Under the pieces are notes generated by a model. The model was not told the origin of the DNA, did no database searches, and saw only the letters and a program-made list of their open reading frames with translations. Positions 1 through 10,216 of a DNA stretch of 64,000 nt are shown piece by piece. The stretch's first letter is position 1, and each line of letters starts with the position of its first letter. The stretch is from an uncultured Sulfitobacter sp. (GTDB taxonomy: Bacteria > Pseudomonadota > Alphaproteobacteria > Rhodobacterales > Rhodobacteraceae). The position numbers and the translations under genes are program-made. The stretch covers positions 1,233 to 65,232 of the forward strand of contig NZ_CANMQS010000012.1 in assembly GCF_947500075.1 (NCBI RefSeq). The letters run 5' to 3'.

Positions 1-47
1 CCGCAGGCTAGGGATAGGGCAACCCGATCTGCAACAGGACCAGACCC

Positions 48-1136
48 ATGCCCCAGACCTCTGCTTTGCTCTCTTTGCCGTACATTCAGCCCGCACAAGC
101 TCAGAAACATGTGACGCATAACGAAGCGCTTCGCGTTTTGGATGCAACCGTGCAGCTAAGCGTCGATGCTCTTGGAACAGCAACACCGCCGGGGTCCCCG
201 ACCGTTGGCGAACGCTTTATCGTCGCTCAGGGGGCCACTGGCGCTTGGGCAGGGCAGGAGAGTTCTGTCGCTGTCTATGAGGATAGCGCATGGATGTTCT
301 ATCCGCCCCACCTTGGGTGGATCGCATATGTGCGAGACCAGGGGGCATTCGCCCAATATGATGGCAGCTCCTGGTCGCTGGTGGCCGGGGATGTCAGCCC
401 TGACATGCTTGGGGTGAATACCTCCGCCAATGCGACCAATCGGTTGAGCGTTGCTTCGCCTGCGACACTGCTGACCCATGAGGGTGACGATCATCGGTTG
501 ACGGTGAACAAGGCAGGGCTTGGGGATACGGCCAGTCTGCTGTTCCAGACCGGGTTCTCCGGCCGGGCTGAGATGGGTCTTGCCGGGGAAGATGCGTTCT
601 CCATCAAGGTGAGCGCTGATGGTGCAAGCTGGACCACGGCGATGCGGTTTGATCCCACCACAGGACACGCGACAGGGCAGGCGATCCAGCAAAGCGCCGG
701 GGATACGACCAGCGGTCGGCTGGTGTTGGCCCAGAACGCTGTGTTGCGCGACCAGATCGTCGGTGTCGCGAGCGAAACAGGCGGTATTCCGACCGGTGCG
801 GTGATTGAGCGGGGGTCCAACGCCATGGGTGACTACGTCAAATGGGCCGATGGTACGATGATTTGTACCCGCAAGGTAACGATTGATACCTCGACCATTG
901 CCAACCAACCGTTTGACTACCCAATCCCCATGGCGACGCATCTGACGGCAAGTGCCTCCGGCGCCAATATCGCCGAGATGGACAGCACCCTGCGCACTGG
1001 CGGGGCGGTGCGCCGCAAGGTGGTGGGGGAGTTGGGTATCTGGGCCGATACCACAGGGTGGCATGTCAAATTGCACCAGGCCGCTGATCCTGACACGGTC
1101 GAGGTCAATCTGATGGCCTATGGTTTGTGGTTCTGA
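48..1136 (+). CDS. DUF2793-type tail-fibre-like protein (phage/GTA-related)
   Basis: ATG ORF of 362 aa. The N-terminus LPYIQPAQAQKHVTHNEALRVLD matches the conserved DUF2793 signature as I remember it. The rest is Gly/Ala/Thr-rich and beta-type, as in receptor-binding fibres. Confidence 0.6.
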   Translation: MPQTSALLSLPYIQPAQAQKHVTHNEALRVLDATVQLSVDALGTATPPGSPTVGERFIVAQGATGAWAGQESSVAVYEDSAWMFYPPHLGWIAYVRDQGAFAQYDGSSWSLVAGDVSPDMLGVNTSANATNRLSVASPATLLTHEGDDHRLTVNKAGLGDTASLLFQTGFSGRAEMGLAGEDAFSIKVSADGASWTTAMRFDPTTGHATGQAIQQSAGDTTSGRLVLAQNAVLRDQIVGVASETGGIPTGAVIERGSNAMGDYVKWADGTMICTRKVTIDTSTIANQPFDYPIPMATHLTASASGANIAEMDSTLRTGGAVRRKVVGELGIWADTTGWHVKLHQAADPDTVEVNLMAYGLWF

Positions 1137-1204
1137 GGTGCTGACAGACGTGGGGTAGGCTGCTAAGGGTGCGCTGTAATCAGTAGCATCCGAGAGAAGA
1201 CCCC

Positions 1205-1771
1205 ATGCAGATCGAAGAAACCACCTTGCCCGGTGTGGTGATCCTGACCCCACGGCGCTTTGGGGATGACCGCGGCTTTTTTGCTGAAACCTGGAACCGC
1301 AAGACGCTTGAGGGGCTGGGGATCACCACGGAATTCGTGCAGGACAATCACTCCGTCTCGGCAGAGGTGAACACAGTGCGGGGGCTGCACTTTCAATCCC
1401 CGCCCCATGCGCAGGCGAAACTGGTGCGCTGCGGCAAGGGTGTATTGTTCGACGTTGCCGTCGACATTCGAAAAGGCAGCCCGACCTATGGCAAGTGGGT
1501 CGGGGTTGAACTCAGCGCAGAGAACGGGCGGCAGTTGCTGGTGCCAACAGGGTTCCTCCATGGTTTTGCGACACGGACTCCTGACACAGAGATTTGCTAT
1601 AAATGCTCAGACTACTACGCACCGGAATGCGATGGGGCGGTGCGGTTCGATGATCCCGAGATCGGGATCAATTGGGACCTGTCCGGTGAGGCCGTCTTAA
1701 GCGGTAAGGATGCAGCGGCACCTGTGCTGTCAGATTTCGACAGCCCCTTCGTCTGGGAGGGCGCGGCATGA
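1205..1771 (+). CDS. rmlC: dTDP-4-dehydrorhamnose 3,5-epimerase
   Basis: 188 aa. RmlC cupin signature: [47 protein letters not shown]. Its stop overlaps the rmlB start as ATGA (1768-1771). Confidence 0.95.
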   Translation: MQIEETTLPGVVILTPRRFGDDRGFFAETWNRKTLEGLGITTEFVQDNHSVSAEVNTVRGLHFQSPPHAQAKLVRCGKGVLFDVAVDIRKGSPTYGKWVGVELSAENGRQLLVPTGFLHGFATRTPDTEICYKCSDYYAPECDGAVRFDDPEIGINWDLSGEAVLSGKDAAAPVLSDFDSPFVWEGAA

Positions 1772-2808
1772 AGATTTTGGTAACAGGTGGTGCTGGCTTC
1801 ATCGGGTCAGCAGTGGTGCGACAAGCGGTGCGGGTAGGGCATGAGGTTATCAACGTTGATGCGCTGACCTATGCAGCCTGTCTGGAGAACCTTCGCGAAA
1901 TTGGAAACAATCCGGGCTATTGTTTCGAGAATGAGAACATTTGCGACAGAGCCGCGATGGACAGGGTTCTGGCGGACCATCAGCCGGAGGCGATCCTGCA
2001 CCTGGCGGCGGAAAGTCATGTGGACCGTTCAATCGACGGCCCCGGTGCCTTCTTAGAGACGAACATCATGGGCACCTACACCTTGCTGGAAGCGGCCAGA
2101 GCCTATTGGTTGGGGCAGGGGAAACCGGACGGGTTTCGGTTTCACCATGTCTCAACCGATGAGGTCTTTGGATCTTTGGGGCCAGAGGGGCAGTTTACCG
2201 AAGAAACGTCCTATGACCCGCGGTCACCCTATTCGGCGTCAAAGGCCGCCAGTGACCACCTGGTCCGGGCCTGGGGGGAGACCTATGGACTTCCTGTCGT
2301 CTTGAGCAATTGTTCCAACAATTACGGCCCATATCATTTTCCTGAAAAGCTGATCCCTGTGGTGATCCTCAACGCGCTGCATGGGCGGCCCATACCGATC
2401 TATGGCAAAGGCGATAACGTGCGGGATTGGCTCTATGTTGAAGATCACGCAGATGCTTTGTTGACGGTTCTTCAGAAAGGTCAATTGGGACGGTCCTACA
2501 ACATCGGCGGCGAGAACGAGGCGCAGAACATCGAAGTGGTGCAGATGATTTGCGCCGCTTTGGATCGGTTGAAACCCGGTGACGCGCCTTATGCAGATCT
2601 GATCACCTACGTCACGGACCGGCCGGGTCACGACCAACGATATGCGATTGATCCGACCCGCATCCGGGAGGAACTGGGCTGGCGGCCCTCAGTCACGCTT
2701 GAGGATGGGTTGGAGCGCACGGTGCGCTGGTACCTCGATAATGAGGATTGGTGGCGGCCCTTGCTGGACCGGCCCGGTGTCGGGACACGGTTGGGCAAAG
2801 ACGCATGA
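1768..2808 (+). CDS. rmlB: dTDP-glucose 4,6-dehydratase
   Basis: 346 aa. Rossmann motif [17 protein letters not shown] catalytic [10 protein letters not shown], and [10 protein letters not shown] near the C-terminus. Confidence 0.95.
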   Translation: MKILVTGGAGFIGSAVVRQAVRVGHEVINVDALTYAACLENLREIGNNPGYCFENENICDRAAMDRVLADHQPEAILHLAAESHVDRSIDGPGAFLETNIMGTYTLLEAARAYWLGQGKPDGFRFHHVSTDEVFGSLGPEGQFTEETSYDPRSPYSASKAASDHLVRAWGETYGLPVVLSNCSNNYGPYHFPEKLIPVVILNALHGRPIPIYGKGDNVRDWLYVEDHADALLTVLQKGQLGRSYNIGGENEAQNIEVVQMICAALDRLKPGDAPYADLITYVTDRPGHDQRYAIDPTRIREELGWRPSVTLEDGLERTVRWYLDNEDWWRPLLDRPGVGTRLGKDA

Positions 2809-3665
2809 AGGCGCTGGTACTTGGCACGACGGGGCAGGTCGGTTTGGCGTTGTCCCGGTCGGTCCCTGCGGGATGGACGATGGAAGCCTTGGGTCGGGAT
2901 CACGCGGATCTGACCGATCCTGCGGGCTGCGCTGCTTTGGTGGCAGCCAGCGATGCAGACGTGGTGATCAATGCCGCCGCCTACACAGCCGTCGACAAGG
3001 CGGAGGAGGATGAGGCCACAGCGCTGTTGGTGAACGCAGATGCGCCCACCGCCATGGCCAAAGCGGCAGCGGCCAAAGGCGTGCCCTTTCTGCATGTCTC
3101 AACGGACTACGTGTTTGACGGGCAGGGAACCCATGCGTGGGCCCCTGAGAGCCCTGTAGGGCCGCTGGGGGCCTATGGGCGCACAAAGCTCGCTGGGGAG
3201 CGTGGCGTGGCCTCTGCGGGCGGCTCTTATGCTATTCTGCGCACATCGTGGGTGTTTTCCGCAGATGGGGCGAATTTTCTCAAGACGATGCTGCGACTGT
3301 CAGAGACGCGGGATGCCCTGACCGTGGTGGGTGACCAGATTGGCGGGCCAACACCTGCTGCCGACATCGCGGCGGCACTTTGGGTGATGGCGGCAAAGCT
3401 ATGCGACGATCCGGATGTGAGCGGGATCTACCATTTCTCCGGCGCGCCTGACGTCAGCTGGGCTGACTTCGCGCGTGAGATCTTTGCGCAGGCGGGCAGG
3501 GATGTTGCGGTGACAGACATTCCGACAGCTGATTACCCGACCCCAGCCGTGCGGCCGCCAAATTCCCGCATGGATTGTAGCGCCACGGCGCAGACCTTTG
3601 GCATCGCCCGCCCGGACTGGCGAGCGGGCCTGTCCGCTTGTTTGCGCGCATTGGACGTCGTGTAG
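2805..3665 (+). CDS. rmlD: dTDP-4-dehydrorhamnose reductase
   Basis: Start placed at ATG 2805 ([13 protein letters not shown]), which overlaps the rmlB stop as ATGA. The ORF-track start at 2748 lies inside rmlB. Motifs STDYVFDG and YGRTKLAGE are present. Confidence 0.9.
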   Translation: MKALVLGTTGQVGLALSRSVPAGWTMEALGRDHADLTDPAGCAALVAASDADVVINAAAYTAVDKAEEDEATALLVNADAPTAMAKAAAAKGVPFLHVSTDYVFDGQGTHAWAPESPVGPLGAYGRTKLAGERGVASAGGSYAILRTSWVFSADGANFLKTMLRLSETRDALTVVGDQIGGPTPAADIAAALWVMAAKLCDDPDVSGIYHFSGAPDVSWADFAREIFAQAGRDVAVTDIPTADYPTPAVRPPNSRMDCSATAQTFGIARPDWRAGLSACLRALDVV

Positions 3666-3804
3666 TCGGCCAAAGCCTGCCGGCACGATGACCTGAAAGC
3701 GACGTTCGTCACTAAATCGCATATCTGCGGATGACTTTTGAACTTCTAGGCTCTATCCGCTGACCAACGGATATGGGTCAAAACATCCGGGATGTGAGGA
3801 AGAC

Positions 3805-4677
3805 ATGACGACACGCAAGGGTATCATTCTGGCAGGCGGTTCCGGCACGCGGCTGTATCCCATCACCATGGGAGTCTCAAAGCAGCTGTTGCCGATCTAC
3901 GACAAGCCAATGATCTATTATCCATTGTCGGTGCTGATGTTGGGCGGGATACGCGAAATCGCGATCATCACAACACCGGAAGATCAGGAACAGTTCCAGC
4001 GGCTTTTGGGGGATGGCAGCCAGTGGGGGCTGGCGTTTACCTATATCATTCAGCCGTCACCGGATGGATTGGCGCAAGCCTATTTGCTGGCGAAGGACTT
4101 CTTGAACGGCGCACCCTCGGCAATGGTGCTGGGGGACAATATCTTCTTTGGTCATGGCTTGCCCACGATGCTGGAAAAGGCGGATCAGCAAGGGGCAGGC
4201 GGGACCGTCTTTGGCTATCACGTTGCCGATCCTGAACGATATGGCGTGGTGGCGTTTGACGAGGTCGGCAAGGCCAGCGCGATAATCGAAAAGCCGCCTG
4301 TGCCGCCATCCAATTATGCCGTCACAGGCTTGTACTTCCTTGACGCCACCGCACCCGCGCGCGCCGCTGAGGTCGAACCGTCCGAGCGCGGCGAGCTGGA
4401 AATCACCACCTTGCTGGAAACCTATCTGCACGAAGGGTCATTGAGCGTTGAGCGGATGGGTCGTGGTTACGCCTGGCTTGATACAGGCACGCATGGTTCG
4501 CTGTTGGATGCAGGCAACTTTGTGCGTACCCTGCAAGCGCGACAGGGATTGCAAACCGGCAGCCCCGATGAGATCGCATTCGAGAAAGGCTGGCTGAGCC
4601 CAGAAGATCTGGAACGCCGCGCGGAATTGTTCAAAAAGAACACCTATGGCGAGTATTTGTTTGAGCTATTGAAATGA
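3805..4677 (+). CDS. rmlA: glucose-1-phosphate thymidylyltransferase
   Basis: 290 aa. Nucleotidyltransferase loop GIILAGGSGTRLYPIT. A GAGGAAG ribosome-binding site sits just upstream of the ATG. Confidence 0.95.
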   Translation: MTTRKGIILAGGSGTRLYPITMGVSKQLLPIYDKPMIYYPLSVLMLGGIREIAIITTPEDQEQFQRLLGDGSQWGLAFTYIIQPSPDGLAQAYLLAKDFLNGAPSAMVLGDNIFFGHGLPTMLEKADQQGAGGTVFGYHVADPERYGVVAFDEVGKASAIIEKPPVPPSNYAVTGLYFLDATAPARAAEVEPSERGELEITTLLETYLHEGSLSVERMGRGYAWLDTGTHGSLLDAGNFVRTLQARQGLQTGSPDEIAFEKGWLSPEDLERRAELFKKNTYGEYLFELLK

Positions 4678-4722
4678 GAACGTCTGAAAGACGTTAAGCC
4701 ATTTGAGTCAGGGAAAGACAAA

Positions 4723-7218
4723 ATGATCAGGCGGCTTCAAGGTCTGTTTCGGCGGTATGCCGCGGCACATCAGATTGTCGAGTACGAGGGTTTTGAACTG
4801 CTCGATGAATTGGGGCGGCGCATCGGCTACCTTGATCGTCTGCGGATTGCGGAAAACCGCGCAATCCTCGAAGGGTGGACCACCGGCCGCGATGTTCACA
4901 TGATCCTCGACGGCAATGAACGCCGTGCGATGCCAAGCATGACCCGCGTGGATGTGGCCGAAGCATTGGGTCTTGAGCGGGATCGCCTCCTGGGGTTCGT
5001 GGTTGCCCAACACTATGTCGAAGGCCGATGCGTGCTTGGGATTGGGATGGGGAACGGCAGGACCTACTTCTTTGAAGTCCCGATGCCGGATGAGGCGATA
5101 CTGGACCGCGCGACGCGCGCGGTCAGGGTACCCTTCGCACGGGATCTGATGCGCGCGGGGCCACATCTGGTAAAATGGGCGGTCACACGGAATCCGGCAG
5201 CGCGTGCAGGTGTCAAACGTGCACTTCGGCTGAGCGATCTGCCGCCGAGCATTTCCCTGTTCGATGCCGAAATTCTGGAGCCTGACACCTCGGCACCGCC
5301 AAAGCCCCAAGAGATCACGATTGTGATGCCAGTCTATAACGCCTTGGATCTGCTGCCAGAGGTGCTGCAACGGATCAGGGACAACACGGATCTGCCCTGG
5401 CGGCTCGTGATGGTTGAGGATTGTTCCTCAGATACCAAAGTCCGCCCGTTCCTGCGGGAATGGGTGAAGGCGCTGCCCGAAGAAACACAGGCGCGTGTCA
5501 CTCTTGTGGAGAATGCTGAAAATCTTGGATTCATTGGCAGTGTGAATCGGGGTTTCGACGAAGCCCGACAGCATGCTGGTCATGTGGTTCTGTTGAACTC
5601 AGATGCGTTCCTGCCCAAGGCCTGGGCCACCCGTCTGCTGCGCCCCATTCTGGAAGATGCGGATGTCGCGACAGTGACACCGATGTCCAACGATGCGGAA
5701 ATCTGCAACGCGCCCGTCGCCTGTGTCCGCCATGATCTGGAACCGGGAGAGGTCGACGTCATTGATGCTTTCGCCCAGACCCTCAATCCGTTGGTCGCGC
5801 GGGGCGAAGCTCCGACAGGGGTTGGCTTTTGCATGGCGATGAATGCGCGGTTCCTGAAACAGGTGCCGGCCTTTGATACCGCTTTCGGACGTGGATACGG
5901 TGAAGAGGTTGATTGGTGCCAGCGCGCCAGAGCGGTGGGAGGGCGGCATGAGATCATCGGCTCCCTCTTTGTCGAGCATCGCGGCGGTGTCTCCTTCGGC
6001 AGCAAGGAGAAGCTTGCGCTGATCCAGCACAACAGCAACCTGATCTCGGACCGCTACAACGATTACGATCTGGAAGTGCAGCAGTTCCTGCAAAACGACC
6101 CGGTGGAGGGGCCACGGATGATGCTGGGCCTCGCGTGGGCCCAGGGCCGCCAGGACGGATTGATGCCGCTCTATATCGCGCATTCCATGGGCGGGGGTGC
6201 GGAAGTTGATCTCAAACGGCGCATCAAGGCCCATATCGAAGACGGATCAAGCGTTGTGGTTGTGCGCGTTGGTGGCAAAGCACGTTGGACGGTTGAATTG
6301 CACGCGCATATGGGCGTGCAGGGTTGCCTGCTTGAAGATGACGTGGTGCTTCATCAGGTGTTGGCCCCTGTTCAGGGGCGCAGGGTGATCTACTCCAATG
6401 GTGTTGGGCACCACGATCCAATGCTGTTGCCAGAGATCATTCTGGCGCTCCGAAACGGGCCGTCTGATGCGCTGGAAGTGCTGGTGCATGACTACATGCT
6501 GGTCAGCCCGGCCTATACGTTGTTGAACAGCAAGGGGATTTACGAGGGGGTGCCGCCCGAAGATACCGAGGATCCCGAGCATCATGCGTTGCGCTTTGAC
6601 AATACGCGGGCACCATTGTCGCTTTGGCGCGCGGAGTGGGCCAAGGTATTGGCGCATGCCGATCAAATCACAGCATTCTCGCAGGATTCGGCTTCGGTAT
6701 TCTCTCAAGCCTATCCGGATTTCGCAGAACACTGCGTGATCGAGCCCCACAAGCCAGACCTCAAAGCCCTGAAGATGCCGAAATCGAAGCATCCCAAAGG
6801 CGACCCGGTCATTGGTGTTCTGGGCAATATCGGGTACCAGAAGGGGGCGTCTGTCCTGCAAGCCATGTCAGCAGATCTGGCGCAGAGCCATGCCGCAGGA
6901 TTGGTCGTGATTGGCGACATCGATCCCACCTATGCTCTGAGCCCGCCTGCGATGGTACATGGGCGCTATGAGAAGACCGATCTGCCGGAGATCGTCCAAA
7001 CCTACGGCATCACGAAATGGCTGATACCCTCCATCGGGCCAGAGACGTTTTCGTTCACCACCCATGAAGCCCTTGCAACAGGCATGCCGGTCTATTGTCT
7101 GGATCTGGGCGCGCAGGCCGAAGCCGTTGGTGCCGCCCGCAATGGCCATATCATCACCCGCCCCGCGGACATGGCCGATCTGCCGGAGGCGATCCTGCTG
7201 GCGATGCTCAGTAGTTGA
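4723..7218 (+). CDS. multidomain glycosyltransferase (central GT2 domain plus C-terminal GT1/GT4-like domain, unknown ~190-aa N-terminal domain)
   Basis: 831 aa. GT2 signature ITIVMPVYNALDLL...VMVEDCSSD...LNSDAF. The C-terminal part (GVLGNIGYQKGASVL...FSFTTHEALATGMPV) resembles the nucleotide-sugar-binding half of GT4 enzymes. Confidence 0.8.
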   Translation: MIRRLQGLFRRYAAAHQIVEYEGFELLDELGRRIGYLDRLRIAENRAILEGWTTGRDVHMILDGNERRAMPSMTRVDVAEALGLERDRLLGFVVAQHYVEGRCVLGIGMGNGRTYFFEVPMPDEAILDRATRAVRVPFARDLMRAGPHLVKWAVTRNPAARAGVKRALRLSDLPPSISLFDAEILEPDTSAPPKPQEITIVMPVYNALDLLPEVLQRIRDNTDLPWRLVMVEDCSSDTKVRPFLREWVKALPEETQARVTLVENAENLGFIGSVNRGFDEARQHAGHVVLLNSDAFLPKAWATRLLRPILEDADVATVTPMSNDAEICNAPVACVRHDLEPGEVDVIDAFAQTLNPLVARGEAPTGVGFCMAMNARFLKQVPAFDTAFGRGYGEEVDWCQRARAVGGRHEIIGSLFVEHRGGVSFGSKEKLALIQHNSNLISDRYNDYDLEVQQFLQNDPVEGPRMMLGLAWAQGRQDGLMPLYIAHSMGGGAEVDLKRRIKAHIEDGSSVVVVRVGGKARWTVELHAHMGVQGCLLEDDVVLHQVLAPVQGRRVIYSNGVGHHDPMLLPEIILALRNGPSDALEVLVHDYMLVSPAYTLLNSKGIYEGVPPEDTEDPEHHALRFDNTRAPLSLWRAEWAKVLAHADQITAFSQDSASVFSQAYPDFAEHCVIEPHKPDLKALKMPKSKHPKGDPVIGVLGNIGYQKGASVLQAMSADLAQSHAAGLVVIGDIDPTYALSPPAMVHGRYEKTDLPEIVQTYGITKWLIPSIGPETFSFTTHEALATGMPVYCLDLGAQAEAVGAARNGHIITRPADMADLPEAILLAMLSS

Positions 7219-8020
7219 TCAGGTCGCGTTTGTAGCGGAGCAGGAACACAAGCCCGATCAGCAACGCGGTGAAGGACAGACCGAATACAAACACCTCGCT
7301 CACATAGGTGGCATCGTAACTGGGGTAGAACCCTTTGCGCATCTGTCCCACGACATGCACCAACGGGTTAAACCAGACATAGGTCTGAAACTGCGCAGGA
7401 ATGGTATCGTACATGTAGAAGACGCACGAAATCAGCAGGAGCGGCCTTGTCAGAATGCTCCATATCCGCTGATAGACCGGGAACATGGTCTGCAAAAAGC
7501 AGTTCATTGTCCCCATGCCCAGCGACAAGGCAGCGAGCATGGCAAAGGCCATGATGATCTGCGGAAAATCAGCGACGGTTCGCGTGTCAAACAGCGCGAC
7601 AATGCCGACGAGGATGATAAAGGCCACCATCAACTGGGTGATGCCATTGACCAGAAACCGCCCTGCGATTGCGTCAAAGAACGTGACACTTGGATAGGCC
7701 AGCAGCGGTTTTGAAAACATGACGGAAGCTGCGGTCTTGTTGGTCACGTCGATGAAAGCCAGAAAGGGCACAAGGCCCGTGGCATAAAAGATCGGAAAGT
7801 TCGACCCGATGGGGGGTGATCTGAACCCCAGTGAGAAGATCGCGGTCAGCAATGCAATGCCGGCGGCCGGTTCAAGCACGGCCCAGATATATCCACCCGG
7901 TGAACGACCGTAGGTTGTTGCCATCTCGCGCAGCATCAGCGCCACAATCGCCCGTGGCGTTGCGAATTTCCGCCGAACACGCGGCGGTTTCTGGGGCAGG
8001 GCAGGGGCGGTCGAGGACAT
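7208..8020 (-). CDS. kpsM: capsular polysaccharide ABC exporter permease (ABC-2 type, KpsM/RkpS-like)
   Basis: 270 aa. The N-terminal RAIVALMLREMATTYGRSPGGYIWAVLEP motif is typical of KpsM. About six hydrophobic segments. Overlaps the convergent 831-aa glycosyltransferase gene by 11 nt. Confidence 0.85.
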   Translation of the reverse strand: MSSTAPALPQKPPRVRRKFATPRAIVALMLREMATTYGRSPGGYIWAVLEPAAGIALLTAIFSLGFRSPPIGSNFPIFYATGLVPFLAFIDVTNKTAASVMFSKPLLAYPSVTFFDAIAGRFLVNGITQLMVAFIILVGIVALFDTRTVADFPQIIMAFAMLAALSLGMGTMNCFLQTMFPVYQRIWSILTRPLLLISCVFYMYDTIPAQFQTYVWFNPLVHVVGQMRKGFYPSYDATYVSEVFVFGLSFTALLIGLVFLLRYKRDLINY

Positions 8021-8101
8021 GATTGAGTGGTGTTTGCGCTAGTTTTCCAAGGCCTTACTATGTATGACGGTCAAAGCAATTGCAATTTCATCCTCGGGGG
8101 T

Positions 8102-9550
8102 ATGCGGGTGAACGACGAGCCCAAACAATCGAAGTCCGAAGGCGGTACCGTTCAGCGGTTGCGATTGAGCCCGACAAAGGCACAAACAACGCAGCAGCCG
8201 ACGTCCGGGCAAAAGCAGCCGCCCGCCGCGGAGGCTTCGACGCCCGAGAAACTCCCACAAACCAAACCGGTTCCCCCAAAGCCTGCCCCGAATGCGGCTC
8301 AGGGCGCCGGCAAACCGGCAGCGGCCCAAACGGGTCAGAATGCGCCGACCGCCGCCCCGCCAAAGCCCCCTGCCGGGGCAGGAGGCCCCGCCGCACAGGC
8401 CGCACCAAAAACCGACGTGAGCGCGTTTCAGCCCGTGAGCCAAGCCAGAGCACGACGGCGGCACTGGGGCGTGGTACTGAGCTTTCTTTTGCTGGTGCTG
8501 CTGCCCATGGCAGTTGCGGGGTTCTACTTGTGGACCAGAGCGGCGGATCAATATGCCTCAACGGTCGGCTTTTCGGTCCGTACCGAAGAGGTTGGCTCCG
8601 CGATCGAGATCTTGGGCGGGATCACCGAACTCTCCGGGTCAAGCTCTTCTGACACCGATATTCTGTTCGAGTTCCTGCAAAGTCAGAAACTGGTTCGGGA
8701 CATCGACAACGCTCTTGATCTGCGCACCATCTGGTCAAAAGCGGAAAACGATCCGATCTTTGCCTATGACACCAGCGGCACCATCGAGGATCTGTTGGAA
8801 CACTGGCTGCGGAAGGTGAAAGTCTATTACGATACGGGCACTGGATTGATCGAATTGCGGGTCTTGGCATTTGACCCGGATGACGCAAATGCCATTGCGG
8901 AGGAAGTCTTTGCCGCCAGTTCGTCCATGATCAACGAGCTGAACGCCATCGCCCGCGAAGATGCGATTCGCTATGCCCGTGAAGAGCTTGAAAACGCGGT
9001 CGAGCGCCTGCGTCAGGCCCGGCAGGTCCTGACCCAGTTCCGCAACCGCAACCAGATTGTCGATCCCACGGTGGACCTGCAAAGCCAGGCCGGTTTGCTC
9101 GGCTCGCTAGAAGCGGAGCTTGCCAATTCCCTGATCGAACTCGACCTGCTGGAAGAAACGTCCCGGTCGGGCGACCCCCGCATTGTTCAGGCCGAACGGC
9201 GGGTGCGGGTCATCGAAGAACGCATAGATGCGGAGCGCAAGAAGCTTGGTTTCGGCAGTGGGGCCGAGGATGGTGATTTTCTCGCGAATCTTGTGGGAGA
9301 CTATGAACGCCTCGTGGTGGACCGCGAATTTGCTGAGACGGCCTATGTCTCTGCGCTGGCCGCCTATGATGCCTCTCTGGCCGAGGCCCGTCGGCAAAGC
9401 CGTTATCTGGCCGCGCATGTGCTGCCCACGCTGGCGGAGCGGGCGGAATATCCCAAACGGGAAATGCTGCTGGGGTTGATCGGGCTGTTTCTGGTGCTGG
9501 GGTGGTCGATCCTTGTGTTGATCTATTACGCCCTGAGGGACCGCCGATAG
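8102..9550 (+). CDS. kpsE: capsule polysaccharide export inner-membrane protein (KpsE/RkpR-like, PCP-3) with Pro/Ala-rich N-terminal extension
   Basis: The ORF-track start at 8027 is a GTG placed directly after a stop codon, so I prefer ATG 8102 (alternative ATG 8060). Has an N-terminal TM (WGVVLSFLLLVLLPMAVAGFYLW), YASTVGFSVRTEE, a coiled-coil central part and a C-terminal TM. Confidence 0.75.
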   Translation: MRVNDEPKQSKSEGGTVQRLRLSPTKAQTTQQPTSGQKQPPAAEASTPEKLPQTKPVPPKPAPNAAQGAGKPAAAQTGQNAPTAAPPKPPAGAGGPAAQAAPKTDVSAFQPVSQARARRRHWGVVLSFLLLVLLPMAVAGFYLWTRAADQYASTVGFSVRTEEVGSAIEILGGITELSGSSSSDTDILFEFLQSQKLVRDIDNALDLRTIWSKAENDPIFAYDTSGTIEDLLEHWLRKVKVYYDTGTGLIELRVLAFDPDDANAIAEEVFAASSSMINELNAIAREDAIRYAREELENAVERLRQARQVLTQFRNRNQIVDPTVDLQSQAGLLGSLEAELANSLIELDLLEETSRSGDPRIVQAERRVRVIEERIDAERKKLGFGSGAEDGDFLANLVGDYERLVVDREFAETAYVSALAAYDASLAEARRQSRYLAAHVLPTLAERAEYPKREMLLGLIGLFLVLGWSILVLIYYALRDRR

Positions 9551-9559
9551 GAGCGCGCC

Positions 9560-10216
9560 ATGATCGAGTTGCGCAATCTCACCAAGACTTTCCTGCTGCA
9601 AGGTCAGCGCAAAACAGTGGCGCGCAACATCAGCCAGGTGTTCCCGACGGGAACTTCCGTGGCGTTGTTGGGGCGCAATGGGGCCGGTAAATCTTCGCTG
9701 CTCAAGATGATCGCCGGCACGATGGACCCCACCGAAGGGGAAATCCGATCCACGGGGACCATTTCCTGGCCAGTCGGGTTTGCAGGGTCGTTCCACCCGG
9801 ACCTGACGGGCGCACAGAACACCCGGTTCATCGCCCGCATCTATGGGGTGGAAACCACCGAACTGATTGATTTTGTCGCCCGCTTTGCCGAACTTGGCCC
9901 GCATTTTCACCTGCCGCTGCGCAGCTATTCTTCGGGCATGCGCTCCCGATTGGCATTTGGCGTGTCGGTGGGCATCCCTTTTGACACCTATCTGATTGAT
10001 GAAGTCGTCGCGGTCGGTGATGCGATATTCAGGCGCAAGAGCGGTGACTTGCTCCGGGACCGCATGCGGTATTCAAGCGCGATTGTTGTGTCCCACTCCA
10101 TGCCGATGGTGCGTCAGCTGTGCGACGTGGGTGCGGTGCTGGAGGATGGCGATCTGACGTACTACGATGATCTGGACGAAGCGATTGAACATCATGAGCG
10201 GAACATGAGTGCTTGA
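9560..10216 (+). CDS. kpsT: capsular polysaccharide ABC exporter ATP-binding protein
   Basis: 218 aa. Walker A GRNGAGKSSLLK, ABC signature YSSGMRSRLAF, Walker B TYLIDEV. A GGAG ribosome-binding site lies upstream. Confidence 0.9.
   Translation: MIELRNLTKTFLLQGQRKTVARNISQVFPTGTSVALLGRNGAGKSSLLKMIAGTMDPTEGEIRSTGTISWPVGFAGSFHPDLTGAQNTRFIARIYGVETTELIDFVARFAELGPHFHLPLRSYSSGMRSRLAFGVSVGIPFDTYLIDEVVAVGDAIFRRKSGDLLRDRMRYSSAIVVSHSMPMVRQLCDVGAVLEDGDLTYYDDLDEAIEHHERNMSA

Noticed and set aside
156-1253. 365-aa minus-strand ORF
   Set aside because: It is antisense to the DUF2793 gene and runs into rmlC. The composition is Arg/Pro/Gly-rich and non-protein-like, while the sense-strand genes have clear family motifs.
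8027-8101. GTG start for kpsE at 8027
   Set aside because: It is simply the first alternative start codon after an in-frame stop, only 7 nt from the divergent kpsM start, which leaves no room for promoters. In-frame ATGs at 8060 and 8102 are more plausible.
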